Positions 53,615 to 64,000 of a stretch of DNA of 64,000 bases are shown here, in pieces. Origin of the DNA: Candidatus Eiseniibacteriota bacterium (GTDB lineage Bacteria; Eisenbacteria; RBG-16-71-46; JABDJR01); contig CAWANH010000028.1 in NCBI GenBank assembly GCA_963783375.1, positions 512,001-576,000 on the forward strand, in the 5' to 3' direction. How positions within the stretch are numbered: position 1 is the stretch's first letter; each line of letters begins with the position of its first letter. The position numbers and the translations under genes were made by a program. The notes under the pieces were generated by a model. That model was not told where the DNA came from. It made no database searches and saw nothing but the letters and a program-made list of their open reading frames with translations.

Positions 53615-56600
53615 ATGCCGAAATCCCCGGATCTGCGTGTCCTCATCCACCCCGATCCCCTTCGGTTGGAACAGGAACTCGCCGAACGGGTTCGGGGATA
53701 TCGGACGGGACCCGGGGACGCGTTCGATCCCATCCTGATCCTGACCGCATCCCGCCGCCAGGCCGAGCGGATCCGGGAGGTTCTGGCCGCGGATGCGGGA
53801 GCGCTCCTCGGGGTGGAGGTCCTCACCCACCAGGCCCTGGCGTTCCACCTGATCGAGGAGGATCCCCACGATCCGACGCCCGGCCTCGCCCCCCGCCCGC
53901 TCCTCGACACCCTTCTCGAGCGGGTGCTGGCCGCGAACCCCGAAGCCCGGCTTGCCCGCTACGCCGCCGACCACCCCACCGCCGCGCGGGGAATCGGGGG
54001 GTTGCTCCGGGAGCTCCGCGAGGCGGGGATCTCCCCGGCCGACCTGGGCCGGCTGGCCGCCCGAGGGGACGCCTCGCCATGGACGGCGGAGCTCGGCGAT
54101 CTTCTCTCCGGCTACGAGAGCGCGGTGGCGCGCCTGGAGGATCCGGGCTCCCCCGGGGGCGGGTTCACCGACCGGGCCGGTCTGGCCCGGCGCGCGGTCC
54201 GGGCCGCCGGGCGGCGCCCCCCCTACCGCGCGGTCTTCCAGATCGGGGCCTACGAGCTGGTGGGGATGAACCTGGACCTGGTGCGGGCCCTCCCCACCCG
54301 CGAGGGAGTGGTGTTCCTGGTGCCCGCCGATCCCGAGGCTCCGGCCTGGCGCCGCGCCCTCGTCTTCACCGGGGAGCGCCTGGGGGTGAAGCCGGAGGCC
54401 CTGGAAGACGGGGCCGACGGCGCGCGGCCGCTGGTACGGGCGACCCGGATCTTCCGGCGCCGCGACGACCGCCCCGCCGAGGCCTCGGTGGACGCACCGG
54501 TGCGCCTGGCCCATGCCCAGGGGCCGGAAGCCGAGCTGAACTTCGCGGCCCGCCATGCCTTGAAACTGGCCGCCGACGGAGTTCCGCCCCACGAAATCGG
54601 GATCGTGGCGCGCACCCTGGAGCCCTACGCCGCCCTGGCCGAGACGGTGTTCGGACGGCACCGGCTTCCGGTGGAAAGCTCGACCGCGCTTCCCCTCTCC
54701 CGCCATCCCAAGGCGCGCGCGTTCCTGCTCCTCCTCGCCGCGCTGGCCCGAGGGTTCGAGCGGCAGACCGTGGTGGACCTGTTGCGTTCGCCGTACCTGG
54801 CCCGTCCCGAAGGTGGCGGCTGGCGGCCGGACGCCTGGGACCGCTGGTCGCGGAAGCATCGGATCGTGGAGGGGGCGGCCGCGTGGTCGGAGGACCTCCC
54901 CGCGGCGATCCGGGAGGAGGTGCCGCCGGAATGGATCCGCGCCGATCCCGAGGAGGCGCGCCGGTTCGCCGAGCGCCGCCGCGACGACGCGGCTTCGGCC
55001 GAGGTGCTCGCGGAGACGGTGCGCGCCTGGGCCGAGGCCCGCCGGCGCTGGAACGCCTGCCGGAGCGGAGCCGAACACGCGGACTTCGCGCGCGCCCTGG
55101 CCGCGCGGTGGATCTGGAGGTGGGGAGCGACGGAGGGGACGGACCCGGCCGGGGACTTCGCGGCGGCGGCCCGAACCACCCAGTCGGTGAACGACGCGCT
55201 GGCCGGGGTGCTGGACGATCTCGAATTGCTGGACGTCCTGGAAGGGGACGGCGCGGACGCCGGGCTCACGGTGGTCGAGGCCCTGACGTTCCTGGAGTCG
55301 GCGGTGGAGGAGGCCGAGCTTCCCTGGCCGTCGACCCCCGGCGGGGTGCGCTTCCTGGACGTGATGCAGGCCCGAGGCCTCACCTTCCGCCACCTGTTCC
55401 TGATCGGGTTCAACGCGGATCTCATGCCGCGCCGCCCGCGCGAAGATCTGTTCCTCTCCGACGCGTCGCGCCGGGCGCTGCGCGAGGCCACCGGGCGGCC
55501 CCTGGCCGTGCGCCTGGAAGGGCGCGAGGAGGAGTGGCTCCTCTTCGCCCAGACCGTGGCCGCGGCGACCGGGAGCCTGACCGTGACCTGGCAGCGCGCC
55601 GACGCGGGAGGCAAGGCGCGGACGGTGTCGATCTTCCTCCGCGAGCTGGCCCGGGCGCTTCCCGGCCAGCCGACGCTCCGGGAGGTGCTGGAGGCAACCG
55701 CCGGGACTCCGCCCGAGCGGGTGCCCACCCACCCCACCCGGGCCGCGGCCTGGCTCGCCGCGGGGACCGGACTCCTCTCCCGCGAGGAGGGGGCGCTCTG
55801 GGTGTCGGACCGGGCCCGGGGGGGCGCTACCGCCCTGGAGACTTTCCTCCGGGAGATCGATCCGGCGGCGGCGGAGGCCCTGGCTCCGGGGATCCGCCTG
55901 GCCCGGACCATCGAGCGGTTCCATCCCCCGGGACCGGCGGCGGAGGCGCTGGCCTACGACGGCTTCCTCCCCGCGGGGAGCGGCTGGGACCGCCCCTTTT
56001 CCGCCTCCAGCTTCGGGGACCTGGGGCGCTGTCCCCAGAAGTTCTTCTTTCGATACGTCCTGGGGGCACGCCCCCTGGACGAGGCGACCGAGGAGTTCCG
56101 CTTCGAGGCCCGGGAGCTTGGAAGCTCCATCCATCTCGTCCTGGAACGGGTGTTCGACGAGCTTCGAGATGCCGGGCTGCTGAACGGCGACACCCCGGCG
56201 GCGCGGCTGGTGGAGCGCGGCCTGGCCTCGGTGGAGCGGCACTTCGCCGAGGTCCTGGAGCCGATCGCCCGGCGGGTGGAGCCCCACTTCCCCGTCCTCT
56301 ACCGGAACGCGATCCGGATGTGGCGGGCGGAACTCGACGCCTTTCTCCGCGCGGATCTCACGCGGCTGGCCGGGGAAGGACAGCGGCTGGTGGGAACCGA
56401 GCTTTCCTGGACCACTTCGGTGCCCCTGGAGCGGGGCGCCGCCCTCCGCGACGCTTCGCCGGAGGCGGACGCGGTGGCCGTCCGGGGGGTCCCCGACCGG
56501 GTGACCGCCGATTCCGGCGAGACCTGGTTGGTGAGCGACTACAAGACGTCGGGAAAGCTCGACGGCCGGATCGATCCCAAGGAGTACCTGACCGGCCACC

Positions 56601-57001
56601 AGGTGCAGCTCCCGCTCTACGTGCTCATGGCCGGGGCCTCGGGGGCGCCGGGCCCGGTGGCCGCGGAGCTTCTGGGCCTGGGACCCTTCTACCTTCCCGA
56701 CGCCGGGTTCGCGCGGACGGGGGCGGTAGCGCTTCCCGAGGACTTCGAGACGCTTCGGGCCGGGTTCGAGGAGACCCTGCTCGTGCTGGCGGAGACCGCC
56801 CGGGACGGACGGTTCCCCTTCAACGAGGGATTCCACTGCGATTGGTGCGACTTCCGGCCCGCCTGCCGCCGCCATCACTACCCGAGCGCGGTGCGCCTGG
56901 GGGAGCACGACGCCTACCGGGAGTATTTCCGGACCCAGCGGAAGTCCAAGACCAAGTCCACCCTGGCCGAGGTCGCGGCCAAGGACGGAGAGGAAGCATG
57001 A
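53615..57001 (+). CDS. addB: AddB/RexB-like subunit: inactive helicase scaffold + PD-(D/E)XK nuclease with Fe-S cysteines
   Basis: ARGL.F..LFLIG; C in GRCPQKFF; G..DRV, DYKT, QLPLY, CDWCDF..AC; coupled to a UvrD helicase gene. Confidence 0.8.
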   Translation: MPKSPDLRVLIHPDPLRLEQELAERVRGYRTGPGDAFDPILILTASRRQAERIREVLAADAGALLGVEVLTHQALAFHLIEEDPHDPTPGLAPRPLLDTLLERVLAANPEARLARYAADHPTAARGIGGLLRELREAGISPADLGRLAARGDASPWTAELGDLLSGYESAVARLEDPGSPGGGFTDRAGLARRAVRAAGRRPPYRAVFQIGAYELVGMNLDLVRALPTREGVVFLVPADPEAPAWRRALVFTGERLGVKPEALEDGADGARPLVRATRIFRRRDDRPAEASVDAPVRLAHAQGPEAELNFAARHALKLAADGVPPHEIGIVARTLEPYAALAETVFGRHRLPVESSTALPLSRHPKARAFLLLLAALARGFERQTVVDLLRSPYLARPEGGGWRPDAWDRWSRKHRIVEGAAAWSEDLPAAIREEVPPEWIRADPEEARRFAERRRDDAASAEVLAETVRAWAEARRRWNACRSGAEHADFARALAARWIWRWGATEGTDPAGDFAAAARTTQSVNDALAGVLDDLELLDVLEGDGADAGLTVVEALTFLESAVEEAELPWPSTPGGVRFLDVMQARGLTFRHLFLIGFNADLMPRRPREDLFLSDASRRALREATGRPLAVRLEGREEEWLLFAQTVAAATGSLTVTWQRADAGGKARTVSIFLRELARALPGQPTLREVLEATAGTPPERVPTHPTRAAAWLAAGTGLLSREEGALWVSDRARGGATALETFLREIDPAAAEALAPGIRLARTIERFHPPGPAAEALAYDGFLPAGSGWDRPFSASSFGDLGRCPQKFFFRYVLGARPLDEATEEFRFEARELGSSIHLVLERVFDELRDAGLLNGDTPAARLVERGLASVERHFAEVLEPIARRVEPHFPVLYRNAIRMWRAELDAFLRADLTRLAGEGQRLVGTELSWTTSVPLERGAALRDASPEADAVAVRGVPDRVTADSGETWLVSDYKTSGKLDGRIDPKEYLTGHQVQLPLYVLMAGASGAPGPVAAELLGLGPFYLPDAGFARTGAVALPEDFETLRAGFEETLLVLAETARDGRFPFNEGFHCDWCDFRPACRRHHYPSAVRLGEHDAYREYFRTQRKSKTKSTLAEVAAKDGEEA

Positions 57002-60000
57002 GCCGCCCCCTCCCCGATCGCGACGACCGCCTCCGCGCGGCCACCGACTTCGACACCAACCTGGTGGTGATCGCCGGAGCGGGGACCGGGAAGACCAGCC
57101 TCCTGGTGGAGCGGTTCCTGAACCTGGTGCTCTCGGGACGGGCGGAACTCCGCGAGGTGACCGCCATCACCTTCACCGAGAAGGCGGCGGGAGAGATGCG
57201 GCAGCGGGTGGCCCAGGCCCTGGACGACGTGCTGGCGGCCACGGGCCCCGGGGCTCCGCCGGCCCTGGACGAGCGCACCGAGGCGGGGCGAAGCCTGGGC
57301 TGGCTGCTGGAGACGTGCGGCCTGGCTCCGGACGAGGTCCGCGCGCGCGCGATCGGCGCTCTGGAGGACCTGGACGCGGCGGGGATCAGCACCATCCACT
57401 CCTTCTCGTCGGATCTTCTCCGGCGGAACGCCGTCCACGCCGACCTTCCTCCGGAGTTCTCGGTGGACGAGGGGCTGGCCCAGGAGCTCCTGTTCGACGA
57501 GGTCTGGCCGGAGTTCCTGGCCCGGGAGCTGGGGCCGGGGGCGACGCGGATCCCGCTCTGGGAACGGGTGCTTTCCGCCTTCACCGAGGAGGCGATCGAG
57601 GAGATCGCCCGGGCGACGGCGATGGACCCCGCGGCATGCGATCTTCTGGCCCGGGAGGGATACCGGGCGGTGGATCCGGTGGCCGCCTTCGGGGAGCGGG
57701 CAGCGGCGCTCCTCGACGACCTGGGCGTGTACCGGGGAGAGGTCACGGCCAAGCGGACCGGGAAGATGCAGGCCTTCATGGACACCGCGCTGGCGCTCCT
57801 GCGGGAGTTTGCGGACGGCGGCCCCGAAGCGCTCCGGGCCGCCGATCCGGGGGCGTTTCCGCTCCCGGTGTTCTGGGAACGCAAGGAAGCGTTCTCCGCC
57901 GGCCCGGACAAGATCCTGGGCGGGAGGAAGGCGATCATCGAGGACGCGTCGGTCGAGGCGCTGAAGCTCCTCAAGACCCTCCGCGAGATCGACGAGGGCG
58001 CCTTCCCCGATCTCTTCGAGGCGCTCCGCCCCTTCGCCGCCGCGTTCCGCCTCCGGGCGGTCCGGGAGGGAAAGCTGGCCTTCGAGGATCTCCTTCTCCT
58101 GTCCCGAAACCTCCTTCGCGACCGGCCCGACGCGCGCGCGCGCGAGGCGGCCCGCCACCGGACCATCCTCCTGGACGAGTTCCAGGATACCGATCCGCTT
58201 CAATACGAAATCGTTTTCTATCTCTCGGCCCTGAATCCCGGCCAGCCGATCGACGACCCCTTCGCGGTGGATCTCGCCCCGGGGCGGCTCTTCATCGTGG
58301 GGGACCCCAAGCAGTCCATCTATCGCTTCCGGGGAGCGGACATGGCCGCGTTCATGCGGGCCCGCGACCGGGTGCTGGTGGAGGGGGCCACCGGAAGCCT
58401 CCGGTCCAATTTCCGGAGCGTCCCCGAGGTGCTCGAACCCCTGAACGACCTGTTCGCCGGATGGATCGGGCCGGCGGAGGAGGCCGACCGCGACGTCGAG
58501 CCGGAGTACGAGCCGATCACCGCGGCGCGGCCGAAGGCGGGGGACGGCCCCCGGGTGGAACTCTGGTCGGTGCGCGCGCCGGAGGGGACGAAGACCGAGT
58601 TCACCCGGGCCGCCGAAGCCTCGATCATCGCGGCCAGGATCCTGGAGCTTCTGGGGAGCCCGGGCCGCGACCGCCCCCTCACCCTCCGCGACTTCGCCGT
58701 GCTCTTCCGGTCGCTGAACGACGTGGTGGTCTACGGCCGCGCGTTCCGGGAGGCGGGGATCGACTTCGTGGTGGACGGCGGGAAAGCGTTCACCGAGCGG
58801 CCCGAGGTGGTGGAGGCGCTGGCGCTCCTGGCCGCCCTGGCCAACCCGGCCGATCCGGTGGCCACCCTGGCCGTGCTCCGCTCGGCGGTGGGCGGCGCGC
58901 CCGACCCTGAGCTGGCCGCCTACGCCCGCGGGGGCGGCCGGTTCTACTGGCCGGGAGCGTCGAGGCGGAGGGCGGATCCGGCGCCTTCCCGGAACGCCGC
59001 GAGCATGGGGGAGGACGGGGGCGCGGCGGGGTTCCCGCGCGTCGCCGCCGGGCTCGCGTTCCTCGATCGCCTCCACGAGGCCACCGCCCGGCTCCCGGTG
59101 GACCGGCGGATCATGGCCGTCCTCACCGAGGGGGAGTTCCTCCTGGTCCAGGGGGCTTTCGCGGAGGGGGCCCAGCGCACCGCCAACGTCCGGAAGCTGG
59201 CCGAGCGCGCGGCCACCCTGGCCCGCGAGCAGGGGCTCACCCTGGAGGGGGCGATCACCTGGCTCCGGGACGAGTTCACCGGGAACCGCACCGAGGGGGA
59301 GAGCCCCCTGGCCGACGAGGCGGTGGACGCGGTCCGGTTCCTCACCATTCACAAGGCCAAGGGACTCGAGTTTCCGGTGGTGTTCCTCCCCGACCTGAAC
59401 CGCGGGACCCGGCCGAACCAGGCGGTGACCCGGGTGACCGCCCCACCGGTGGACGGCCGGCGGTTCCTGGCCGCGGTCTCGGCCGGGCGCCGCACGATCC
59501 GGAACACCGCGGCGGTGATCGCCGACGAGGAGACCCGGCGCCACGAGGCGGCGGAACAGAAGCGGGTCCTCTACGTCGCCTCCACCCGGGCCGGGGACCG
59601 GCTCTTCCTCCTGAACAGCGGGGTCTCGAAGCTCAGCCCGTGGGTCAAGGCGCTCCAGGAACAGTGGGGGTACCGGATCGACAAGCAGCACGAAGAGGAT
59701 CCCTTCGCGGGAAACGGCGGGACCCTCTGCGACGGCCGGGTGATCCATCGCTCGATCCTGGTCGCCGAATCGCCGTCCGAGCCCGCGCCGCGGCTCGAAG
59801 TGGACGCGGAGAAGGCGGCCCGGGCGTTTCGCGCCGCGGGGGAAACCGCGGCCGGGGCGGCGAAGCGCCGGTGGCGAACCCCCAGCGCCGACCATCGCGC
59901 CCGGGCGACCGACGCCGCGGCGCGGGAAACCGAGCTTCCCCACCCCCGGGAACGTGACCTGGCCCGGGCGGCGGGGCGTGCGGTTCACGCCGCGCTCGAG

Positions 60001-60441
60001 CACGCGGACTTCACCCGTCCCGGGGAGATCGTCGGGGGATTGGAGGCCGCGGCCCGCGCCGCCGCCGGGGAGTTCGGGCTCGATCCGGCCGCGGTGCGCG
60101 CCGCCGCCGAGGCCGCCCTGGCCGCGTTCCTGGGCTCCGATCTCCCCGCCCGCCTGGCCCGGGCGGAGATCCTGGGCCGCGAGACCGCGGTGCTCTTCCG
60201 GGACGACGCGGGAACGACGGTGCACGGCTATGCCGATCTCGTCTATCGTCTCGACGGCCGCGTCCACGTGGCGGACTACAAGACCGACGCCGGGGACCCG
60301 GCCGGGCTGGCCTCGGCCTACCGCGACCAGCTTCGGGACTATGTCACGGCGGTCCGAACCGCCATGAGCCTCGACATCGACCCGGTGGCCGAGCTTCTCC
60401 TGGTCCGCTCGGGAAAGCGGGTGGAGATCGACCTCGGATGA
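56998..60441 (+). CDS. addA: AddA/RexA-like UvrD helicase-nuclease
   Basis: AGAGTGKT, ITFTEKAA, DEFQDT, VGDPKQSIYRFRGA, NFRS, TIHKAKGLEF, LYVASTRA, C-terminal G.AD..DYKT..QL..Y; ATGA overlap. Confidence 0.88.
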   Translation: MSRPLPDRDDRLRAATDFDTNLVVIAGAGTGKTSLLVERFLNLVLSGRAELREVTAITFTEKAAGEMRQRVAQALDDVLAATGPGAPPALDERTEAGRSLGWLLETCGLAPDEVRARAIGALEDLDAAGISTIHSFSSDLLRRNAVHADLPPEFSVDEGLAQELLFDEVWPEFLARELGPGATRIPLWERVLSAFTEEAIEEIARATAMDPAACDLLAREGYRAVDPVAAFGERAAALLDDLGVYRGEVTAKRTGKMQAFMDTALALLREFADGGPEALRAADPGAFPLPVFWERKEAFSAGPDKILGGRKAIIEDASVEALKLLKTLREIDEGAFPDLFEALRPFAAAFRLRAVREGKLAFEDLLLLSRNLLRDRPDARAREAARHRTILLDEFQDTDPLQYEIVFYLSALNPGQPIDDPFAVDLAPGRLFIVGDPKQSIYRFRGADMAAFMRARDRVLVEGATGSLRSNFRSVPEVLEPLNDLFAGWIGPAEEADRDVEPEYEPITAARPKAGDGPRVELWSVRAPEGTKTEFTRAAEASIIAARILELLGSPGRDRPLTLRDFAVLFRSLNDVVVYGRAFREAGIDFVVDGGKAFTERPEVVEALALLAALANPADPVATLAVLRSAVGGAPDPELAAYARGGGRFYWPGASRRRADPAPSRNAASMGEDGGAAGFPRVAAGLAFLDRLHEATARLPVDRRIMAVLTEGEFLLVQGAFAEGAQRTANVRKLAERAATLAREQGLTLEGAITWLRDEFTGNRTEGESPLADEAVDAVRFLTIHKAKGLEFPVVFLPDLNRGTRPNQAVTRVTAPPVDGRRFLAAVSAGRRTIRNTAAVIADEETRRHEAAEQKRVLYVASTRAGDRLFLLNSGVSKLSPWVKALQEQWGYRIDKQHEEDPFAGNGGTLCDGRVIHRSILVAESPSEPAPRLEVDAEKAARAFRAAGETAAGAAKRRWRTPSADHRARATDAAARETELPHPRERDLARAAGRAVHAALEHADFTRPGEIVGGLEAAARAAAGEFGLDPAAVRAAAEAALAAFLGSDLPARLARAEILGRETAVLFRDDAGTTVHGYADLVYRLDGRVHVADYKTDAGDPAGLASAYRDQLRDYVTAVRTAMSLDIDPVAELLLVRSGKRVEIDLG

Positions 60442-60466
60442 AGCGCCGGCCGCCCCGGCTCCCGGC

Positions 60467-61351
60467 GTGGTACAAGTCGAAAGGATCCCGGTGAGCTTCG
60501 ATTCGGTTCCGCGCCTCGGCGCGTCCGCGCTCCTCGAGCGCTACCCGTTCCTCCTCCTCGACGCCTACGGCGTCCTCATCACCCATGACGGGCTGATCCC
60601 GGGGGCGGCGGCGTTCGTCGACCGCCTGAACGAGTCCGGGAAGCCCTACCTCATCCTCACCAACGACGCCTCGCGAAGCGCCGCGACCTCGAGCGCCCGG
60701 TACCGGCGAATGGGTCTGGCCGTCGACCCGGCCCGCATCGTGAGCTCGGGGATGCTCCTGGCCGGGTATTTCCGGGAGCACGGCATGGAGGGGATGCGCT
60801 GCGCGGTGCTCGGCCCCGAGGACGCCTCGATCTACGTGTCCGAGGCGGGCGGAGAGCCGGTCCCGATCCTCGACGACATGGACGCGGACGCGGTGATCGT
60901 GTGCGACGAGGGCGGCTACTCGATGCTGGAGGCGATGGACCGGGTGCTGAGCCTTCTCTTCCGGAGGCTCGACGCCGGAGAGCCGACGCGCCTGGTCCTG
61001 GCCAACCCGGACCTGGTCTACCCGGCCGGGCCGGGGCGGTTCGGGATCACCGGCGGGAGCATGGCCCTGATCCTGGAGAAGGCGCTCCGCCACCGGTATC
61101 CGGGGCGGGACGACCTCCGATTCGCGCGCCTGGGCAAACCACACGCCCCGATGTTCGCCGAGGCCTTGCGGCGCTCGGGCACCCGCGAGATGGTGATGGT
61201 CGGGGACCAGCTCGCCACCGACATCCGGGGCGCGGTCGACTTCGGGATCGACTCCGCCCTGGTCACGACCGGCATGACCCGGGTCGAGGGGCCGGCCCCG
61301 GAGGGAGGGCCGATCCCGACCTGGATCCTCCCTTCCCTGGCGCTCGACTGA
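60467..61351 (+). CDS. HAD-superfamily subfamily IIA hydrolase (NagD-like)
   Basis: LDAYGVL, LTND, ANPD, GKP, MVGDQL.TDI.GA, V.TG. Confidence 0.88.
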   Translation: MVQVERIPVSFDSVPRLGASALLERYPFLLLDAYGVLITHDGLIPGAAAFVDRLNESGKPYLILTNDASRSAATSSARYRRMGLAVDPARIVSSGMLLAGYFREHGMEGMRCAVLGPEDASIYVSEAGGEPVPILDDMDADAVIVCDEGGYSMLEAMDRVLSLLFRRLDAGEPTRLVLANPDLVYPAGPGRFGITGGSMALILEKALRHRYPGRDDLRFARLGKPHAPMFAEALRRSGTREMVMVGDQLATDIRGAVDFGIDSALVTTGMTRVEGPAPEGGPIPTWILPSLALD

Positions 61352-61421
61352 CCCGGAGCGGAACCGGCGCGTCGCCGATCGACCCGGCGCGGCGGCCGAC
61401 AAACGGGGCCGCGAGGAAACC

Positions 61422-62447
61422 ATGACCTGGATCTTCACGATCGTCGTCCTGGCCGCGATCGCCGCCGGCGGAACCGCGGCGCTTCGCGCGGCGACCCGTT
61501 TCCCGGGGCGGTCCCACCGCGGTCCGCTCCCCCCGTCGGACCCCGCGGAACGCGCCGCCGCCGTCCGTCTCCGCGGTCACGTTGAGACGCTCGCCGGGGA
61601 GATCGGCGAGCGGAACATCTGGACCCCGGACGCACTCCGGGCCGCCACCGGCTACGTGAAGACCGAGCTGGCCGGATTCGGCTACGCGGTCACCGAGACC
61701 GCCTTCGACTGCGAAGGGGTCACGGTCTCCAACCTGGAGGTGGCGCTTTCCGGCGCGGAGCGGCCGGACGAGATCGTGGTCGTCGGCGCCCACCTCGACA
61801 CCGTCCGCGGCTCCCCGGGGGCCAACGACAACGGCTCGGGGGTGGCGGCGCTCCTGGAGCTGGCGCGGCGCTTCGCCGACGCGCGGCCGGCCCGGACGTT
61901 GCGGTTCGTGGTCTTCGCCAACGAGGAGAACCCGTTCAGCCGGACCGAGACGAGCGGGAGCATCCGCTACGCCCGCCGGTGCGGCGCGACCCGCGAGCGG
62001 GTGGAAGCCATGATCTCGGTGGAGACCATCGGCTACTACCGCGACGACCCCGGATCCCAGCGCTACCCGTTCCCCCTGGCCCGCCTCTACCCCGATCGCG
62101 GGGACTTCATCGCCTTCGTGGGAAACCTCCGTTCGCGAGGCCTGGTGGCCCGCGCGGTGGCCTCGTTCCGGGAGCACGGCCGTCTCCCCAGCGAGGGCGG
62201 GGCCCTCCCCGGACGGCTCCCCGGGATCGGCTGGTCGGACCACTGGAGTTTCTGGCAGGAGGGCTATCCCGCGATCATGGTCACCGATACCGCGCCCTTC
62301 CGCTATCCCGCCTACCACCGGCCCGAAGACACGCCGGAGCGGATCGACTACGATCGCACCGCGCGCGCCACGGCGGGACTGGCCGGAGTGGTGGCCGACC
62401 TGGCCGGCATGGACCGGATCCCGAGGGACGCGCCGGAGGAGGCATGA
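61422..62447 (+). CDS. M28 family peptidase
   Basis: GAHLD, PGANDNGSG, NEE, SDH, YH..DT. Confidence 0.88.
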   Translation: MTWIFTIVVLAAIAAGGTAALRAATRFPGRSHRGPLPPSDPAERAAAVRLRGHVETLAGEIGERNIWTPDALRAATGYVKTELAGFGYAVTETAFDCEGVTVSNLEVALSGAERPDEIVVVGAHLDTVRGSPGANDNGSGVAALLELARRFADARPARTLRFVVFANEENPFSRTETSGSIRYARRCGATRERVEAMISVETIGYYRDDPGSQRYPFPLARLYPDRGDFIAFVGNLRSRGLVARAVASFREHGRLPSEGGALPGRLPGIGWSDHWSFWQEGYPAIMVTDTAPFRYPAYHRPEDTPERIDYDRTARATAGLAGVVADLAGMDRIPRDAPEEA

Positions 62448-62454
62448 AGCCGGC

Positions 62455-62970
62455 ATGAAACCGATTCGCGACTGCATCGGAAGAACCCTGCGCTGGACCC
62501 AGCCTCGCGTGTTCAAGCGGGAATACGAGCTTCGCGCGGGGGAAGACCTGCTGGCCACCCTCCGGTACGAGGGGTTCTTCGGCCGCGCCGCGCGGGCCGA
62601 AGCCTCCGGGGGGGTCTGGACCCTGAGCCAGGCCGGGTTTCCGGTGTCGCGGACGGTGGTGCGCCGCGAGGGCTCGGACGTGGAGCTGGCCGGGTACTCG
62701 CGCCGATGGCGGGGGGGCACCCTGGAGTTCGCCGGGGGACGGGTGTTCACCTCCAAATCGCTCCGCTTCTGGCCGCCGGAGTGGGGGTTCACGGACCGGG
62801 AAGATCACGTGCTGGTCCGCTTTCGCTCGGCGTGGAATCCCTTCAAGGCGTCGGCCCGGGTGACGATCGATCGGCGAGCCGACGGCCTGGAGGAGCTGCC
62901 GCTCCTCCTCTTGGTGGGCTGGCACGCGGCGATCCTGGCCCGGCGAGCCCGCCACCGAAGCGGGGGCTGA
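62455..62970 (+). CDS. Hypothetical protein
   Basis: ORF in operon position with typical codon bias; W.Q...KREYEL..G...ATL pattern. Confidence 0.65.
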   Translation: MKPIRDCIGRTLRWTQPRVFKREYELRAGEDLLATLRYEGFFGRAARAEASGGVWTLSQAGFPVSRTVVRREGSDVELAGYSRRWRGGTLEFAGGRVFTSKSLRFWPPEWGFTDREDHVLVRFRSAWNPFKASARVTIDRRADGLEELPLLLLVGWHAAILARRARHRSGG

Positions 62971-63113
62971 GCCCCGGACGGACGCCCCGACGGCCGCGCC
63001 GCGAGCGGCCGTCTTGCGCTAGACTCACCCGCTTCCCCGCTCCAAGACCCCATGAAGGCCGGGTCGGCCGACCACGCTCCTCTCGTGGGCAGGCCGGGCC
63101 AAGGAGGTTCAAG

Positions 63114-63701
63114 ATGGCACGCGGATGGGAGGGAGACCTGGTCCGCCTCGTCCCCCTCGACAAGGAGAAGCATCTCCAGAACGCCGTCGACTGGATGAAC
63201 GACCCCGAGGTCACCGAGTGGCTGGAGCGCGGCGACTTCCCCATGACCCACCTGGAAGAAGAGGCCTTCTTCGACCGGGTGTCGCAACCCTCCTCCACCG
63301 ATGTGGTGTTCGCCATCGAGACCCTGGAGGGGGTCCACCTGGGGTTCTCGGGCACCCACGGTATCGACTGGCGGAGCCGGGTGGGGAGCACCGGGAGCTT
63401 CATCGGCCGGAAGGACTTCTGGGGAAAGCGCTACGGCTCCGACGCGGTCCGCGTCCGCACCCGGTATCTCTTCGAGGTCCTGGGCCTTCGCCTGCTCCTG
63501 GCCGCGGTGATGGCGGGGAACGAGCGTTCCCTCCGGATGCTCAAGAGCTCCGGCTACCGCGAGGTGGGCCGGATCCCCGAACGCTGGTGGAAGCGGGGGG
63601 AATACCGGGACGAGATCGTCCTGGCCGCCGATCGGGCCTCGTGGACCGAGGCGATCGAGAAGGAGCCGGCCCCCGGCCCCATCGGAGAAGCTCCCCGATG
63701 A
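63114..63701 (+). CDS. GNAT acetyltransferase (RimJ/RimL family)
   Basis: V.L.P, WMNDPEV, FWGKRYG, N.RS..M..S.GY..VG; AAGGAGG RBS. Confidence 0.88.
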   Translation: MARGWEGDLVRLVPLDKEKHLQNAVDWMNDPEVTEWLERGDFPMTHLEEEAFFDRVSQPSSTDVVFAIETLEGVHLGFSGTHGIDWRSRVGSTGSFIGRKDFWGKRYGSDAVRVRTRYLFEVLGLRLLLAAVMAGNERSLRMLKSSGYREVGRIPERWWKRGEYRDEIVLAADRASWTEAIEKEPAPGPIGEAPR

Positions 63702-64000
63702 GCCGCGAATTCACCTACGACCGGCCCGCCGCGGACGAAATCAAGTCCTTGGCCGAGATTCTATCCGATTCGTTCGCCGTCCCCCTCGAGTCGGCGATCC
63801 ACCGCATGGAGACCTTCGCCCCGGACGTCCCCCGGGTGATCCGGGCGGACGGACGCGTGGTGGGGGGGATGTGGCTGGTCGACATGGGGCAGTGGTTCGG
63901 CGGCCGTAGCGTCCCCATGACCGGGGTGGCAGCGGTAGGCGTCGCGCCCGAAGCCCGAGGCACCGGCGCGGCCCTGGCTCTCATGAAGTCGGCCATGAAG
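63698..64000 (+). CDS. GNAT acetyltransferase, Eis-like (partial, runs off the right edge)
   Basis: ATGA overlap; translation MSREFTYDRP..MGQWFGGRSVPMTGVAAVGVAPEARGTGAA. Confidence 0.8.
   Translation, partial: MSREFTYDRPAADEIKSLAEILSDSFAVPLESAIHRMETFAPDVPRVIRADGRVVGGMWLVDMGQWFGGRSVPMTGVAAVGVAPEARGTGAALALMKSAMK

Noticed and set aside
54079-56997. 2120-aa ORF suggesting a giant helicase
   Set aside because: The first approx. 970 aa are a Gly/Arg/Pro-rich off-frame shadow of addB; the real addA starts at ATG 56998 with an RBS and an ATGA overlap.
53615-57001. Cas4 or defence nuclease
   Set aside because: The Fe-S PD-(D/E)XK domain sits on a long helicase-like scaffold coupled to a UvrD helicase-nuclease, which is the ordinary AddAB-type repair pair.

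Overview
Very GC-rich chromosomal window from a diderm bacterium. FlgD-Ig C-terminal domains and SWGxxKxxY tails suggest an FCB-affiliated lineage such as Eisenbacteria, Latescibacterota or Krumholzibacteriota; this assignment is inference only. Core genes are guaB, tRNA-Met(CAT), tilS-ftsH-folP-cdaA, aconitase, a UbiD-family decarboxylase, thiL, groES-groEL, gluconokinase and addB/addA-like genes. They are interleaved with many secreted or envelope proteins: NHL propellers, FG-GAP/ASPIC proteins, TolB-like proteins, two L,D-transpeptidases and several HExxH peptidases. The most striking feature is a compact three-gene, RiPP-like cassette at 27009-29660. It encodes a 54-aa leader/core-type peptide, an RRE(PqqD)-like domain fused to an M50 membrane peptidase, and a lipid-A-type acyltransferase with a C-terminal RRE-like domain, so it is a candidate ribosomal lipopeptide pathway. 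Other leads are a possible Lpp-analogous lipoprotein/L,D-transpeptidase operon with a structured leader behind cdaA, a shared short C-terminal motif that may be a sorting signal, a candidate sRNA/attenuator, a 42-bp tandem repeat, and a sigma54-type promoter before groESL. Four genes carry frameshifts; three lie in G7/C7 runs that need eight bases, which points to sequencing error. No CRISPR array, rRNA or transposase/integrase was seen.
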